Part shown: in pieces, positions 37,359-51,325 of the stretch
How positions within the stretch are numbered: the first letter of the stretch is position 1
Layout: each line of letters starts with the position of its first letter
Assembly (NCBI RefSeq): GCF_006345805.1
Contig: NC_043003.1
Location: 9,796,001-9,860,000, forward strand
DNA from: Octopus sinensis
Lineage: Eukaryota
Length of the DNA stretch: 64,000 nucleotides
Direction of reading: 5' to 3'
Notes under the pieces: model-generated
What the model saw: only the letters and a program-made list of their open reading frames with translations
The model's database searches: none
Told to the model about the DNA's origin: nothing
Position numbers and translations under genes: made by a program

Positions 37359-38069
37359 TACTAGCATTAAAGACCCGTCGTTGCCGGAGCATAGTGCTAG
37401 TGCATGTATATATGTGTATATATATTTGTACATATTACATGTACATCTATATATATACATCTACACATAAAATGCAAAATACAAAGTTATATCTTGATAT
37501 CGCTAGTGATAACAATACTCAAAATATATAACAGACAGGGATTGTTAGCTCTTCTTTTTTCTCTATATTGTATACTTTATAGACAATAGTCTTTTCTTTA
37601 ATTTAATTTCTTATTATCCATCTGGATTATTCCATTTCAGCACGCTAATTTTATTTTTAATTTAATTCCCATTCATGTGAAACCACTTATTCAAGCTCAA
37701 ATCATTGATGCAATTTTATACCAATTGCTATTTTTACTTATATTATACTTGAGTTTGATTTTAATTATTACTTACTACATATAATTCAATTGTTATTATT
37801 ATTTTTATTGTTAAAGTGAAAGCATCTGACTTAAAATAGAGAAATATTTTTGTTTCACTTTTAACACGTAATACTGAAATAGTGGAGAAGATATAATATT
37901 GGTATGGACTCGCTCTAGGCAAGAAGTTGAACATTTTTTCCGATGACACACCCCGGACCCTAAGTAAGGCATATGTAAAATTTGGATGAAATTGGTTGTG
38001 TAGTTCTCAAGTTTTAGGGAAACACACAGACAGACAGACACACATTCTCAGTTTTATATATATAAAGAT
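37359..38069 (+). mobile_element. Non-autonomous Helitron/Helentron-like element
   Basis: 5' tactagca...tgctagt hairpin; 3' aaatttggatgaaattgg...acagacagacacacattctcagttttatatatataaagat; sits in a TA tract. Confidence 0.6.
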
Positions 38070-38811
38070 ATATATATATATATATATATAAATATGCAAG
38101 CGTATGAAGTATATGTATATACACATGTATACACAGGTATATATGGCTGTATATGGCTGTAACACTATCTATATGCCTAAATGTGTGCAAGCATGTAAGG
38201 AGGCCTAAATATTTGTATATATGTTTGTATAACTAATCGTAGAAGTACTCAAAAGAAACGAAGGGCAGCAGCCAATTCTTTCCTTTTCGAATTGCTCTGA
38301 TTTGTAACAAGAAAGACTATTCCCAAATTACTAAACTTTTTAATGGGCACTGCTTGCGTGGATATAGGCTGAGAAATGTATTTCTATACACACACACCCA
38401 CACACGCAAAACTTACATATATTTGTCTATATACAAGCAAGCATATGCGTGTATATATTGTGTAAATATGCGTGTGTGTGCACGTGTGTTCGTATTTGTG
38501 TGTGTGTATGTGTATGTGTGCATGTATATAGACATATACATGGGTGCACTTACTATATTAGCCAATTGCTACCTACACCACTCGCACGGCTAACGCGGGG
38601 TCGCTGCCCGCACAAAGATCAACATGGCTGCTACTGTATTGTCACTTTTCTTAACTGTAAGATGGTCCCTTGTGCATAAAGTAGATAAATGTTATTAAAC
38701 ATTTCTCTTACCGCACCGAAGACAGCTTTCTCAATCCAGAATACAAAGCAATTAATCCCGTTTTCTTAATTAGAATATTAAATATAAATTCTAACAGACT
38801 ACTTATTTTGC

Positions 38812-38851
<40 letters not shown>

Positions 38852-38858
<7 letters not shown>

Positions 38859-39300
38859 AATCAAGGAACGGCCATAATAGGCCATTCACCCACTAGAAAT
38901 AACAGCCAAAAAGCTTCAACCGCAAAATAACATTAATTCCGTAAATCAGGAGAAAATTAAAAAACATTTACCCTGAAATTCCTTATACGATGCACCGTTT
39001 CTTCTACTGTTTAATGGTAAACTAACGTGATTAAATTAAATCAAGCCAATCTACCATAGGCCCTTAGATTCATCAGTTGATGAATCTAAGGGCCTATGGT
39101 AGATTGGCTTGATTTATTTAATCACGTTAGTTTACCATTAAACAGTAGAAGAAACGGTGCATCGTATAAGGAATTTCAGGGTAAATGTTTTTTAATTTTC
39201 TCCTGATTTACGGAATTAATGTTATTTTGCGGTTGAAGCTTTTTGGCTGTTATTTCTAGTGGGTGAATGGCCTATTATGGCCGTTCCTTGATTGTGATAT
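38852..39300. repeat. ~449-bp near-perfect palindrome (arms ~224 bp, 2-nt spacer)
   Basis: ...ccttagattcatca gt tgatgaatctaagg...; I found one 1-nt indel between the arms. Confidence 0.92.
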
Positions 39301-39424
39301 TGAACTTAAAATGGTTTATGACTATTTAATTTTTTCCCACTAGCCGCTGGGGGCAAAAGAATTCTACAAAATTTTTTGCCTCCCTATATTGATAATTATA
39401 TATATATATATATATATATACATA

Positions 39425-39519
<95 letters not shown>

Positions 39520-39544
39520 TAATATATATATATATATACGCATA

Positions 39545-39680
39545 TCAGATAAAGGTTGTTATGGCCGGTTTTAAAGAGGAGTTAAAGGCTACCGACCATT
39601 AGGGTTTGGCGAAACGTTGTAAAGCTAAGCGCTTCTGGGACGCGTAACCTTAGAAACCGGTCATAACTATCTTTATCTGA
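39545..39680. repeat. Fold-back element in TA tract
   Basis: tcagataaaggttgttatggccggttt pairs imperfectly with aaaccggtcataactatctttatctga. Confidence 0.7.
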
Positions 39681-39764
39681 ATACTCTACTGATCTAAAAC
39701 TTAGAGTGGGCTTCTCTCTTCGATTTACGATTTACTGACGATATATATATATATATATATATAG

Positions 39765-39945
39765 GGGGAGAGTTCACGAAAAGAACAAAAGACGAAGACA
39801 GGTGGTGTACAAAACAAACAGATAACGCTCAGGAATTGAAAAAGTCTTTTACGTTTCGAACCTACGCTCTTCTACAGAAAGGGACACAGAAAAAAACAAG
39901 GAGAGAAAAAATATGTGTAGTGGCTAACGATCTATCATGGCGACT
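39765..39945 (-). mobile_element. Unclassified short interspersed repeat; second copy at 48400-48555 (+)
   Basis: Shared ctttctgt(a/g)gaagagc(g/a)tagg(t/c)tcgaaa...tctgtttgtttt...tgtcttcgtcttttgtt. Confidence 0.75.
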
Positions 39946-39951
39946 GACGCG

Positions 39952-39985
<34 letters not shown>

Positions 39986-41660
39986 CGCGTATAACGCATG
40001 TGAATGTATATTTATATATATATATATGTGTGTGTGTGTTGAGGAATGTCTACATATATATATAATGTATATATGCACGAAAAACCTAACTATTCAATCA
40101 TTAATCATGTATTATCTCTAGCACCGTATTTCTGTTGTCTGCTTCATTATTTTGAATATTTTCAACATCAATATCTTTAACACCGTATTTCAATTTTCTT
40201 GTAACAAATTCTATTGCAGAGTGCAAAATATATGTCTGACGCTTTACTGGAATAATTAATTTTAAGAACAATTTTCAATTTTTTATAAACGCTCTTGTGT
40301 TTTCAATAGTTAACATTATATCGTTAGCAGCGTGCAGCTATTTTTTTCTGAATAACCATCATCACAGTAAAAGTTAAGGAATAAATGCTGCAAAGTATTT
40401 TGGAATTTTAAACAAACACATTTTTGTACAGAATACTGTGCAAGAATATACTTCCAGAAATTGTTTTTGCTTTAGTTTTCCTATATGTTCGATCTTTCAC
40501 TATCGATGTGTCACTTTGCTAAACTTACTTCGTAGTCAACACTTGTATACGACTGAAGATATTTTACAGAGTTTTTCAGCTACGATTTTGTAGTCTTGTG
40601 TTGGTCGATTCGTAGGGAAAAGTGATGAAAATGGTAACGTATTAACAATATGACTATTAACTTTAAGCTTGTCTGTGGTAGTGTATCGCTCATCTGAAGG
40701 CTTTCTTTGGTGCCAGTTTCAATATCACAGCGACAGTATGCATGAAACGTATGAACTTTTTATTTTCTCCTTTTGGCAATAAATCTAAATTCTTTAACTC
40801 ATTCACGGTGAAAAATAGTTTTATCTTCGGCAGGTTTTAGAGACTTGAATCCGGAATATAAAAATCAACCCTTTTCTGATGCGGATTTGGATAGATTCCA
40901 TTCCTGTGTGTGCTTCGACTAAGCAACGTAATTTGTACACCGTAGGAATGCAGCATGTTGCCTGTAGAAGAAAAATATTGTATAGCATGTCATTATGATA
41001 TAAATAAATAGTTATGAAACTGTAGAAAATTAGGTTGTCATATAACAACGATAATAAATTACATATACATTTTTTATTCTTTTCTATTTTACAAAAGTTG
41101 AATTCACAAGATTGTAATTCAGTTGTAGTTAAACAGCGCATGTTTGAAGACAGTAAAACAAGCCTACAATATAATAGTTTCCAGTTTACACCATCAGACA
41201 AAGTAATGATTACACATATGTATAATTGAACTTGTGCATACATATGTTCATGTTTTCCAAGCTTAATTAATTAACTTGTTTTGCAGAAAGTGCTAATATA
41301 ATTGACCTGTCGTAAAGAGCGAAAAACAGATAAACCACATAGTTTTAGTAGAAGCTAAATGATTATCTTAATTTATTGCATGATTTGAAACAACCGTTTG
41401 AGTTCAGTGTTGCTTTCTCGATGACTCTGGAAGTGAAAGCCAAATAAAGCTATGACACTGTCAGAGAGACTATATACTCTCGAATCAAACTAAGAGCTAA
41501 CTGCTAGTTAAAAAGAAAAACAAAACAAAACAGTAAAGATGGCTGCCATTCCATAATTGCTGAAAATGAAACTCGTGAGTAGAAGTAGTTACAAAAAAAT
41601 TTCACCTAAGTGGAAATTGTTGCAAAATTGTTTTTATCCTATTTTGATGGTATTAAATAA

Positions 41661-41837
41661 AAGGCGGCCAGCTGGCAGAATCGGTAGTCCATCGGCCAAT
41701 ATTCTTAGTGATATTTCTTCGGATTCTTTTCATTCCCACTCCATCTTTCGTGGTCAACAGAATAAGTTCCAGTTGATGTGCTCCATTTTCAACTCACCGA
41801 AAAATTTCTGGCGTTGTGCAGAAATTAGAAGGAATTG
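41661..41837 (+). mobile_element. Old SINE-A-related copy
   Basis: aaggcggccagctggcagaatcggtag head and aaatttctggcgttgtgcagaaattagaaggaatt tail. Confidence 0.6.
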
Positions 41838-42856
41838 TTAAATATAAAGGCAGCAAAACTCTGCAGGTTCTACAAAAGAGGACAAGTTAACTACAGCGCG
41901 GAGAGCAGAGTACTCAAAATCCGGAGACCTGGCTCCATCTTCTTAATTAACTCTCATTATCATTATCCTCTCTCTCCTTATCGTCATTCGTATTTATTAC
42001 CATGGTAGTAGTAGGTTTCATAGAAGTTTCGTGGGAATATTGAATTCACAAGCGGTCCCCAACATTCTGCATGCATATCCCGAGTGACGGGACGCCCTGT
42101 TTGCCGCGGAGTCTCCACAGACGCAGGGACAGAACGACCTCGACGCCACCGGTTGCCGATCAGACGCCTTTTGGAATTTTCACTAGAGCCCCCTTGGCAA
42201 GGCTGCGGCCCTAATACCGTTCCTGACGGCATAGCTCTGACACTGCCCGTTTACACCACCCTACCGCTTTGAGGAGGGGTTGGACTTTCGGGTAGTATCG
42301 TCATCATATGCCACAAGGGAACTTGAGTCATTCTCTTGCATTTCATCCCAATCCTATATTGAATTTCAGAATGGTTTACAGTTAATAATATCGAAGTATC
42401 TATGGAAACACAACTTTCCAAACTCCAATAAAGATACACGCAGAGATGCAGTAAAACGACAAAAGTCTGCTGCTGGTTACATTTCAAATACCCAGATACC
42501 TTCTCATGTGACTAAAAAACACTTACTGTACCGAGAATTAGGGACATTTTCTTATACAGAATAAAGTGTAAAGTGTAATCTTACCATGATATACCAATCG
42601 CTTATCTACCTTGTCTTCACGTGGCTCACATATTCGTTTGTTATTGTTATGTTAGACGTCTGAGTTTGATCTGAAATTATATCTAAAAAACATTGAGAAA
42701 TAATAAAATTTGCATGTATATTTATGTACATCGAAAAGTATGTATGCATGCATATATGAATATATGTTTATATATGTGTACAGGAACACAAAGCCATAGA
42801 TACATACATGCAGAGACACAGATACTGACATAAATATATATACATAGATGCAAATA

Positions 42857-42890
<34 letters not shown>

Positions 42891-43260
42891 TATGTGTGTT
42901 TATGTATGTATACAACAGCAGAGGGAGGGAAAAAAATGAAAGAGAGAAATAAAATAACGTATCAACAGAAAGATTTATTGTGCCGATGTATGTTACTATT
43001 TGTCTGTATGGAAGGGTATATATAAAAATTGAAAAAAGACTCCAAAACTAAGAACAACTATAAAGCGTCTTTCAAGTAAGGCGATAGCCTCAAATTACAG
43101 ATATGATGTGAACGCTGCAAGGCAATTGACTGCAATACGAGTCGTAAAACGAAAGTAAAATTCAAATAATGAGAGAAATTTGTTGGCAAATGTCTATATA
43201 TTAAAAAATCTACGGTTCAATCAATTGTCAGTACACACACCACACACACACACACACATA

Positions 43261-43307
<47 letters not shown>

Positions 43308-43478
43308 ATATATATATATAGATATATATATATATATATGTGTGGTGTGTGTGTGTGTGTGTGCATGTATGTATGTATGTCCGTGTATGTGTATGTATAT
43401 GTAATATATTTGTGTATATGTGTTTCTGGAGATATATATATATATATATGTATGTATATATCAATATATAAATATATA

Positions 43479-43530
<52 letters not shown>

Positions 43531-43789
43531 AATCATTAATATGTACGAAGAAAATCATATTTATATTTTAGATGACACCTTAAAAATCCAACAATTGTTT
43601 CAATTGCATTAACATATACATATATATATATGTGTGTGTGTGTGTATGTGTATTTTCACATGCATATATAAATATTGATACATACATAATATAATTAAAA
43701 TTAATAATAACCCCTTGACAACGGTTGACGCAAATATGCGATCACGCCTTTGCTTGCCTACCCGCGGTTAACGTAAATATAGGATGTAC

Positions 43790-44030
43790 AGCTGCCCTAC
43801 ATATATCACGGACCTTTTAGCGGCTAAAATACAGGTACAACAGAAACAGGAAGAAAGAGTGAGAGAAATTTGTGGTGAAAGAGTACTGCAGGGTTCACCA
43901 TCCCCACCTGCCGGAGCCTCGTAGAATTTTAGATGTTTTTGTTCAATAAACACAAAGAACGCCCGGTCTGGGAATCGAAACTGCGATCCTACGGCCGCGA
44001 GTCCGCCGCCCCAACCACTGGGCCATTACG

Positions 44031-44035
<5 letters not shown>
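43790..44035 (-). mobile_element. SINE-C, 3'-truncated
   Basis: Colinear with 59380-59600. Confidence 0.85.
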
Positions 44036-44066
<31 letters not shown>

Positions 44067-45120
44067 ATATATAAATATGTGTAGAACATATCTCGGATAT
44101 GAAACGCCGTAACAAAAATCAGTATTGACTATAATTTCCACAGAATGTCTGTAGAGATAACCCTGGTAAGTATTATATGCAAATTTCTATAGTATTAAGT
44201 ATAGTAAATAATATAAAGGGTAGTGATAATACATATTATATTATACTTTCATGCCTATGGTGGCTGAAATCTCATCGGGCAACCAATAATACAACCATTT
44301 ACTCAATCTCTTGTGACATGTATTGTTTATAATTTCGCTTAGAATTTCAGATATTGTATTTCACGCTAGGAAGAGACACAATTTATTACACATATTGCTG
44401 GGTTGGATAAGATAAAGTTTGTAAGGACATAAATTTCGACAAAATTTGAACAATATTTAAGATAAGTCGCTAGACACTCGTTAATTAAGAAAGTTAATGA
44501 ATATGGAACGCTTATGCGTTATGGAGACATTAAAAAGTGGATACTTATGATATGGAGTAAATAAAATTCATTCCTTTCAACTTAGGAATCATCGTGAGTA
44601 CTACTAAATACTAGAGTTAGCGACGAGTTAACAGCGCAAATCACAGTGTCTTGTAGTGTATTAAAAACGAAGAGACAATTCCAGAAACATTCATTGTTCC
44701 AAATAAATGTCCATTCAGTTGTTCGGGGAGTATATAACAATTTCAATAATTCTCAATAAGGAAAATGAGCGAAGAATACTCACCATACATTAGGATAATC
44801 AATGGTTTTACTAACGTTTAATATAAGATTTTTCTGCATCATTTAATACCATTTCTGTATCAATCGAACCTATCTCACTTGGTTTTCAGTGCCATATCAT
44901 ACTGCAGTATATACACAATCAAGCTTTATGCATTCTTATACGCTGTGCCTATTATATAAATATATGCGCAGTTACGTTTATATATGAAACTTTTTGCTGT
45001 TGCATATACACTAAAATTCACCATTTTATCTTATAATCCACCGCATCCGTATATAAATTTACCAATCTTTACACATTTTACACATAGTTACACAATTCGA
45101 GACAGAATAAACCAATCTTA

Positions 45121-45460
45121 ATTCTTTATGGCCCACAAGGGGTTAAACATAGAGGGGACAAACAAGGAAAGACAAAAGAATTAAGTCAATTACATCAACC
45201 CCAGTGCGTAACTGGTACTTAATTTATCGACCATCGGCGGAATTTGAACTCAGACGAAATACCTATTTCTTTACTACCCACAAGGGGCTAAACACAGAGA
45301 GGACAAACAAGGACAGATAAATGGATTAAGTGGATCATATCGACCCCAGTGCGTATCTGGTACTTATTTAATCGACCCCGAAAGGATGAAAGGCAAAGTC
45401 AACCTCGGCGGAATTTGAACTCAGAACGTAACGGCAGACGAAATATCTCTAAGCATTTCA
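45121..45460 (-). mobile_element. SINE-A dimer (tail1 + tail1), junction at 45262/45263
   Basis: cagacgaaatac|ctatttctttactacc. Confidence 0.85.
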
Positions 45461-45486
45461 TCAATGTTGCACAAATGATATTAGCA

Positions 45487-45845
45487 TCAATTTTAGAATT
45501 CATCCAAGACTTGGCCCCCGTGCTATACGCCCACTGCAAAAGTCGAATTCGGTACACAAAGCACCATTACGTCACAATTACTTTACTTCAACCGGTCCAG
45601 CTCTCTTTAATACCATACCAAAATACATCAAAACGGAAATGGATCCGATAAAATTCAAATGTTCACTGCACAAATCTCTTCAAAAAGTTCCAGACCAACC
45701 TCCCACACCCGGATATGTCTCCAACAATAATAACTCTTTGCTAATAGAGTGGGCTATGGTGCCCTATATATGACTAAAAGACTTCACCAAGTGGTGCTAC
45801 TAAGTTAGACATGGCCTGGGCCTATATTGGCCGAAACCTATAAAA
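45487..45845 (+). mobile_element. CR1-like LINE 3' fragment, same family as 53420-54045
   Basis: INFRIHPRLGPRAIRPL...NYFTSTGPALFNTIPKYIKTEMDPIKFK; 3' gtggtgctactaagttagacatggcctgg shared. Confidence 0.85.
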
Positions 45846-46099
45846 GTTTTATATATATATAAAAGCAACAAGGATATCCAAATTAGTGTAGTACAATCGT
45901 TTCATGCTACTTCATTTAATTAAACAATGTAAGTATTACATCAGTTTTAAAATGTAGAGCACTCTTCAGCCAAATATAGAATTTTTTAATTAAATAGACA
46001 ATGTTCATTTTTATACTTATTCCATTTGCCAACATTACAAAGAGGGTATATATATATATATATATATATATATACGTAGAAAAAAAGTGTGGGGAGATG

Positions 46100-46295
46100 T
46101 TAGTCACAAACGCTTGACAACCTGTCATGGTTTGTTATTTGGTCACCTTCTCGTAACTTAGCGGTTCGGCATGAGTGACTGATAGAATATTACCAGGTTT
46201 TAAAGCATTAAGTACTAGAGTTCATTTGTACCACTAAACTCTTCAAGACGGTACCCCAGCATGACTGCAGACCTACAAATGAAACAAATGGTAGA
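46100..46295 (+). mobile_element. Degenerate SINE-B 3' part
   Basis: cgtaacttagcggttcggca...ccccagcatgactgcag. Confidence 0.6.
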
Positions 46296-47176
46296 GAAAA
46301 AAGCCATACCTACATACCTACATACATACATACATGCATACATGCGTGTAATTCATACATATATTCATAGGTTCTTACGTATATTTGTAAGTGCACGTGA
46401 GTATACAACATTGAATTTTAGATTTTAGAAAATCGTTCGTGAAGATATATTATGTATTGACACCGAATGAAAATTACAGGGCGAACGGGAAATAAAGAAT
46501 CTCTTGAATGCTAACATGAATGAAATAAAATTTCGTTAACGTAAAACATCGAAAATCAAAGCTATAATATGTTACATTGTATTAAAAAACTCGCTGAATG
46601 GAAACAGAAAATAAAACAGCAATGTGAAGGTAATAAATAAAAGTATTCGGTTTCTTAGAGCGGTACAAATAAAAATGTTCATACAGAGATAAACACAGAC
46701 ACACACGGACACACGGACACACACACACATACAGACACATCTACATATATATACGCATATGAGTATACGTATATGTATATACATATATGTGATTATATAC
46801 GTATGCGTGTAAATAAATACCAAAGCATAGGCTCGTATAACATATATTTATGCGCTGGTGTATATACGAATGTAGAAATATATGGTGGTATTTGCGTGCC
46901 GATGCATTGTTAAAGATTTCGATTATATACACAGATATAAGTATATTCTTACGTATGTATACGCACACACATGTGTACATACACACATACACACACACGC
47001 GCGCACACATATATATATATGAATAACTCTATACATACACATACAGGTGTACATATATACATATATAGATCTATACATACACTGACATGTGTGAGAACGC
47101 GTGCGTGAGCATATTTGTATCAAATACAAACATATATATACATAATATATGTATGTATGTATGTTTGTATGCGTGT

Positions 47177-47207
<31 letters not shown>

Positions 47208-47241
47208 ATATATATATATATATGTTAGTGTGCGTGTGTGT

Positions 47242-47272
<31 letters not shown>

Positions 47273-47315
47273 GTTTGTGTGCGTGTTATATATATATGTA
47301 TATATATATATGTAG

Positions 47316-47354
<39 letters not shown>

Positions 47355-47381
47355 GGTGTATATATATATATATATATATAG

Positions 47382-47440
<59 letters not shown>

Positions 47441-48062
47441 TATATATATGTTTGTATTTGATACTCTCCCTACGCATCGATACAAAAAAAATCTAATGGA
47501 GGAAGACAAATATGTTTTGCTGGGCACATTGATATTTGGAAATCAAAATATAAATATATCGATAATAATTTATTTAGATAAATATAGACATAAAGAAAAA
47601 TGATGAAATACATGACCTAGATAGAGAAATATGATATTATTTATTCTGCAGCGCATAATGTAATGTTCTTTATCCAATGAAATCTTTCAATTTGCTATCT
47701 CTTGTTTGTGAATTCGTACTTACGCTTTTTACATTTGTATATTGTGTTCCTGGTGTTGTATATTAGATTTTTATGATTTTTCTATTCATAACTATCTACC
47801 TCGTTATCTATAGACAGACAGATACACGCTCACACACGCACACGCACGCACACACACACACACACAAACACACAGACGACCTGTGGCTCTTGTTTCCCTG
47901 GTGGACACCAATCCCATTTGTGCGGTTTTTCGTCAGGGTATAGCCCCACTATATCCATGCTGTATTGTTCCATTGTTTAATCTGTTCAGGTCTGCTCTCG
48001 ACCAAAGCAGGGCACCGGTAGCACCTCAAGATGGATACGTCTCTTCACCACGCAGCATGGTC

Positions 48063-48345
48063 TCAGTTAGTTAGTTAGTTAATTTTTTGGCTCAAAAAGC
48101 AAAAAGCAAGGCCATGTAGGGGGACATGGAGTTATGTTCAGGGTGGTGTTCATGTAAAGAGTTCAGGCCACTTGCGGTCAAGGGAGACTTTGAACCGAGC
48201 GGTCGGCGGCATCTTCACTATCTCGTCCGGCAGCTTATTCCACGGTTCCACACCCCGGACGGAGAAAGCCCCTCTCCTTCGTTTGAGATGAAATCGTCGC
48301 AGATAGAGCCTTTCGGAGTCAGACTAGAAGAGGTTATAGATTCAC
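48063..48345 (-). mobile_element. CR1-like LINE 3' end with (TAAC)n tail
   Basis: RRFHLKRRRGAFSVRGVEPWNKLPDEIVKMPPTARFKVSLDRKWPELFT*, then a short UTR and aactaactaact. Confidence 0.85.
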
Positions 48346-48399
48346 TTCACTAGTCTCTAATTGATCGTTGGTCTCTAATGGATCAATGCCACATCATCA

Positions 48400-48552
48400 C
48401 CATATCTTTTTTCTTGTTTCTTTCTGTGTTCCTTTCTGTGGAAGAGCATAGGCTCGAAATGTTAAAGACTTTTTTCAATTTCCGAGCGTTATACTAATAT
48501 ATCTGTTTGTTTTCTACACCACATGTCTTCGTCTTTTGTTTTTCGTGATTTC

Positions 48553-48555
<3 letters not shown>
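48400..48555 (+). mobile_element. Second copy of the unclassified repeat at 39765-39945
   Basis: Colinear by eye. Confidence 0.75.
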
Positions 48556-48588
<33 letters not shown>

Positions 48589-48757
48589 CATACATATATA
48601 CATACATACATACATACATGCAGACATACATACATACATACATATATACATACATACATACATACAAACATACATACATACATACAAACATACATACATA
48701 CATACATACATACATACATACATACATACAACATACATACATACATACATACATACA

Positions 48758-48780
<23 letters not shown>

Positions 48781-48790
<10 letters not shown>

Positions 48791-51000
48791 GCGTGTATCT
48801 GTGTATTTATTCGTGTTTCTTCATACGTGTGTGGTATATATGCTTATGTTTCATCCATTACATAACTATGGTATTGGTGTGTTCGTAAGTAAACGTAAAT
48901 CTTGTTATATTTCGAGATGCTCCTGTTGAAAGTAGACGTGAGACAGAGAGTCACTGAAAAGGTCACAGGATGTGTGATGAAAGATTTCAGACAAAGGATA
49001 CTAAAATAAAAACCATAATAGAGCTGAAGTGAAGAATGAATATATGGCGCGTGTTTTTTTTTTTTTCTATTCTGGCAAAAATGACCATACCGAAATATAA
49101 CAATATCTGTTTCGACACATGTATTTCACATCAGGAATCATGCAAAACAAATACATAAGCATAAAAAAAGAAAATGTAACTCTTTAACATACAAGTTGTT
49201 TTGACACGCAAACGTTGTGTGCCGCTGGTCAGATAAATTCCGTTAAGATTGTAAAGATTAAAGATTTCTCAGCGCCAAAATTACTTTCACTTTTTTGGTA
49301 GTGCACTTACACCATTTATCGAAAAGTAGTCAAATTGAACTGGCATAGTCGTTTCAACAGTAAATATTAAAACAGCAAATGTTAAAACATCACTAAATCA
49401 TACTAAATGATTAATTTGCATAACTGCATGAAGATTCGATTTAAAAGCAGAAACACACATAAAACATAACTACAATGAAAGCATTTGTAAATGGGATTGC
49501 AGCGTGACATGAAGCAAATTTATATTTTACGTTGACAGATGTTTTCATTGAAATAAAGAAAAATATACGTAGGTTTGTTATGCTCTGAAAGTTCTTTAGA
49601 TATTTCTTTATATTCTAGGATAAAAGAAATGAGATACTGTGGTAGAGTATACGTACTATGGTCTTTTGTGTCAGGTCAAGATGTAATGTAACTGCTCACT
49701 GCGATACATGAATGTTATACATGAGAAATGAGAAACGTCAGAAATCCCGTTTCACAGAAAAAGCAAATAACATCGAGGAGTATTTGTACGAGTTTCCCTA
49801 AGTAAATCTTTATCTAGATTTAGAAAACCTGTTAAGGTTTATCCTTGTGAATTATGCTTGACTATGGTTTCTGTTAATATGGTTTATATTCTTTTACTTG
49901 TTTCGGGCATTCGATTATGACCATGCTGGACACCGCCTTTAGCCGAACAAATCGACCGTAGGACTCATTCTTAATAAGCTTAGTACTTATTGTATCGGAC
50001 ACTTTTTCTGGCGTTTCTCATTTCTCATGTATAACATTCATGTATCGCAGTGAACAGTTACATTACATCTTGACCTGACATAAAAGACCATAGTACGTAT
50101 ACTCTACAACAGTATCTCATTTCATTTATCCTAGAATATAAAGAAAGATCTAAAGAACTTTCAGAGCATAACAAACCTACGTATATTTTCTTTATTTCAA
50201 TGAAAACATCTGTCAAAGTAAAATTTAAATTTGCCTCAAGTCACGCTGCAATCCCATTTACAAATGCTTTCATTGTAGTTATGTTTTATGTGTGTTTCTG
50301 CTTTTATATAAACGTGATCAAATGAGAAATACAAATCGAATCTTCATGCAGTTATGCAAATTAATCATTTACTATGATTTAGTCATGTTTTAACATTTGC
50401 AGTTATATTTACTTCTAAAATAACTATGCCAAATGGCGTAAGTCCACCACCCAAAAAAATGAAGGTAATTTTGATGCTGAGAAATGTTTAATCTTTACAA
50501 TCTCAACGGAATTTATCTCACTTCCAAATTTATGATATTGACCAGCGACACACAACGTTTGCGTGTCAAAACAACTTGAATGTTAAAAATTTACATTTTC
50601 TTTTTTATGTTTATATATATATGGTTTGCATGATTCCTGATGTGAAATCCTTGTGTCGAAACAGATATTGTCATATTTCGGGATGGTCATTTTTGCCACC
50701 CCCCCCCCAAAAAAAAACAAAAAAACATGCGCCATACATTCATTCTTCATTTCAGCTGTATTATGGTTTTTATTTTAGTATCCTTTGTCTGAAATCTTTC
50801 ATCACACACCCTGTGACCTCTTCAGCGACTCTCTGTCTCACGTGTACTTTCAACAGGAGCATCTCGAAATATAAAAAGATTTACATTTACTTATGAACAT
50901 ACCAGTGCCATAGTTATGTAACGGATGAAACATAAGCATATATACCACACACGTATGAAGAAACAGGAATAAATACACAGATACACGCAGATATGTATGT
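48781..51000. repeat. Diverged ~1-kb inverted duplication (48781-49744 vs 50005-51000)
   Basis: e.g. atttcgagatgctcctgttgaaagta / tactttcaacaggagcatctcgaaat; the spacer holds a SINE-B tail fragment. Confidence 0.9.
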
Positions 51001-51274
51001 ATTTACGTAGGTATGTATGTGTGATGAGTGATCTTCGATTTATGAGTTCGAAATAGTGCTCATGTATACAGAGAGTAATTTATATAAATTTATATAAATT
51101 TATATAAATTATAAATTTACTAGAATTCGGGACGAAAGAATAAATACTAGGAATTAAATTCTAAATGAAGCAACAGAACAAAATATGAATCTAGTGGGGT
51201 TATGCCCTGACAGAGAAGAAAGACACACACTGGTAACACTAGCGCCCACTAGTGGGACAGGAGCCAAACAACGC

Positions 51275-51318
<44 letters not shown>

Positions 51319-51325
51319 GATACAC

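Noticed and set aside
39585-39630. Hammerhead-like ctaccga…tggcgaaacgttgta
   Set aside because: The core has two mismatches, stem II has no closing pair and stem I does not form.
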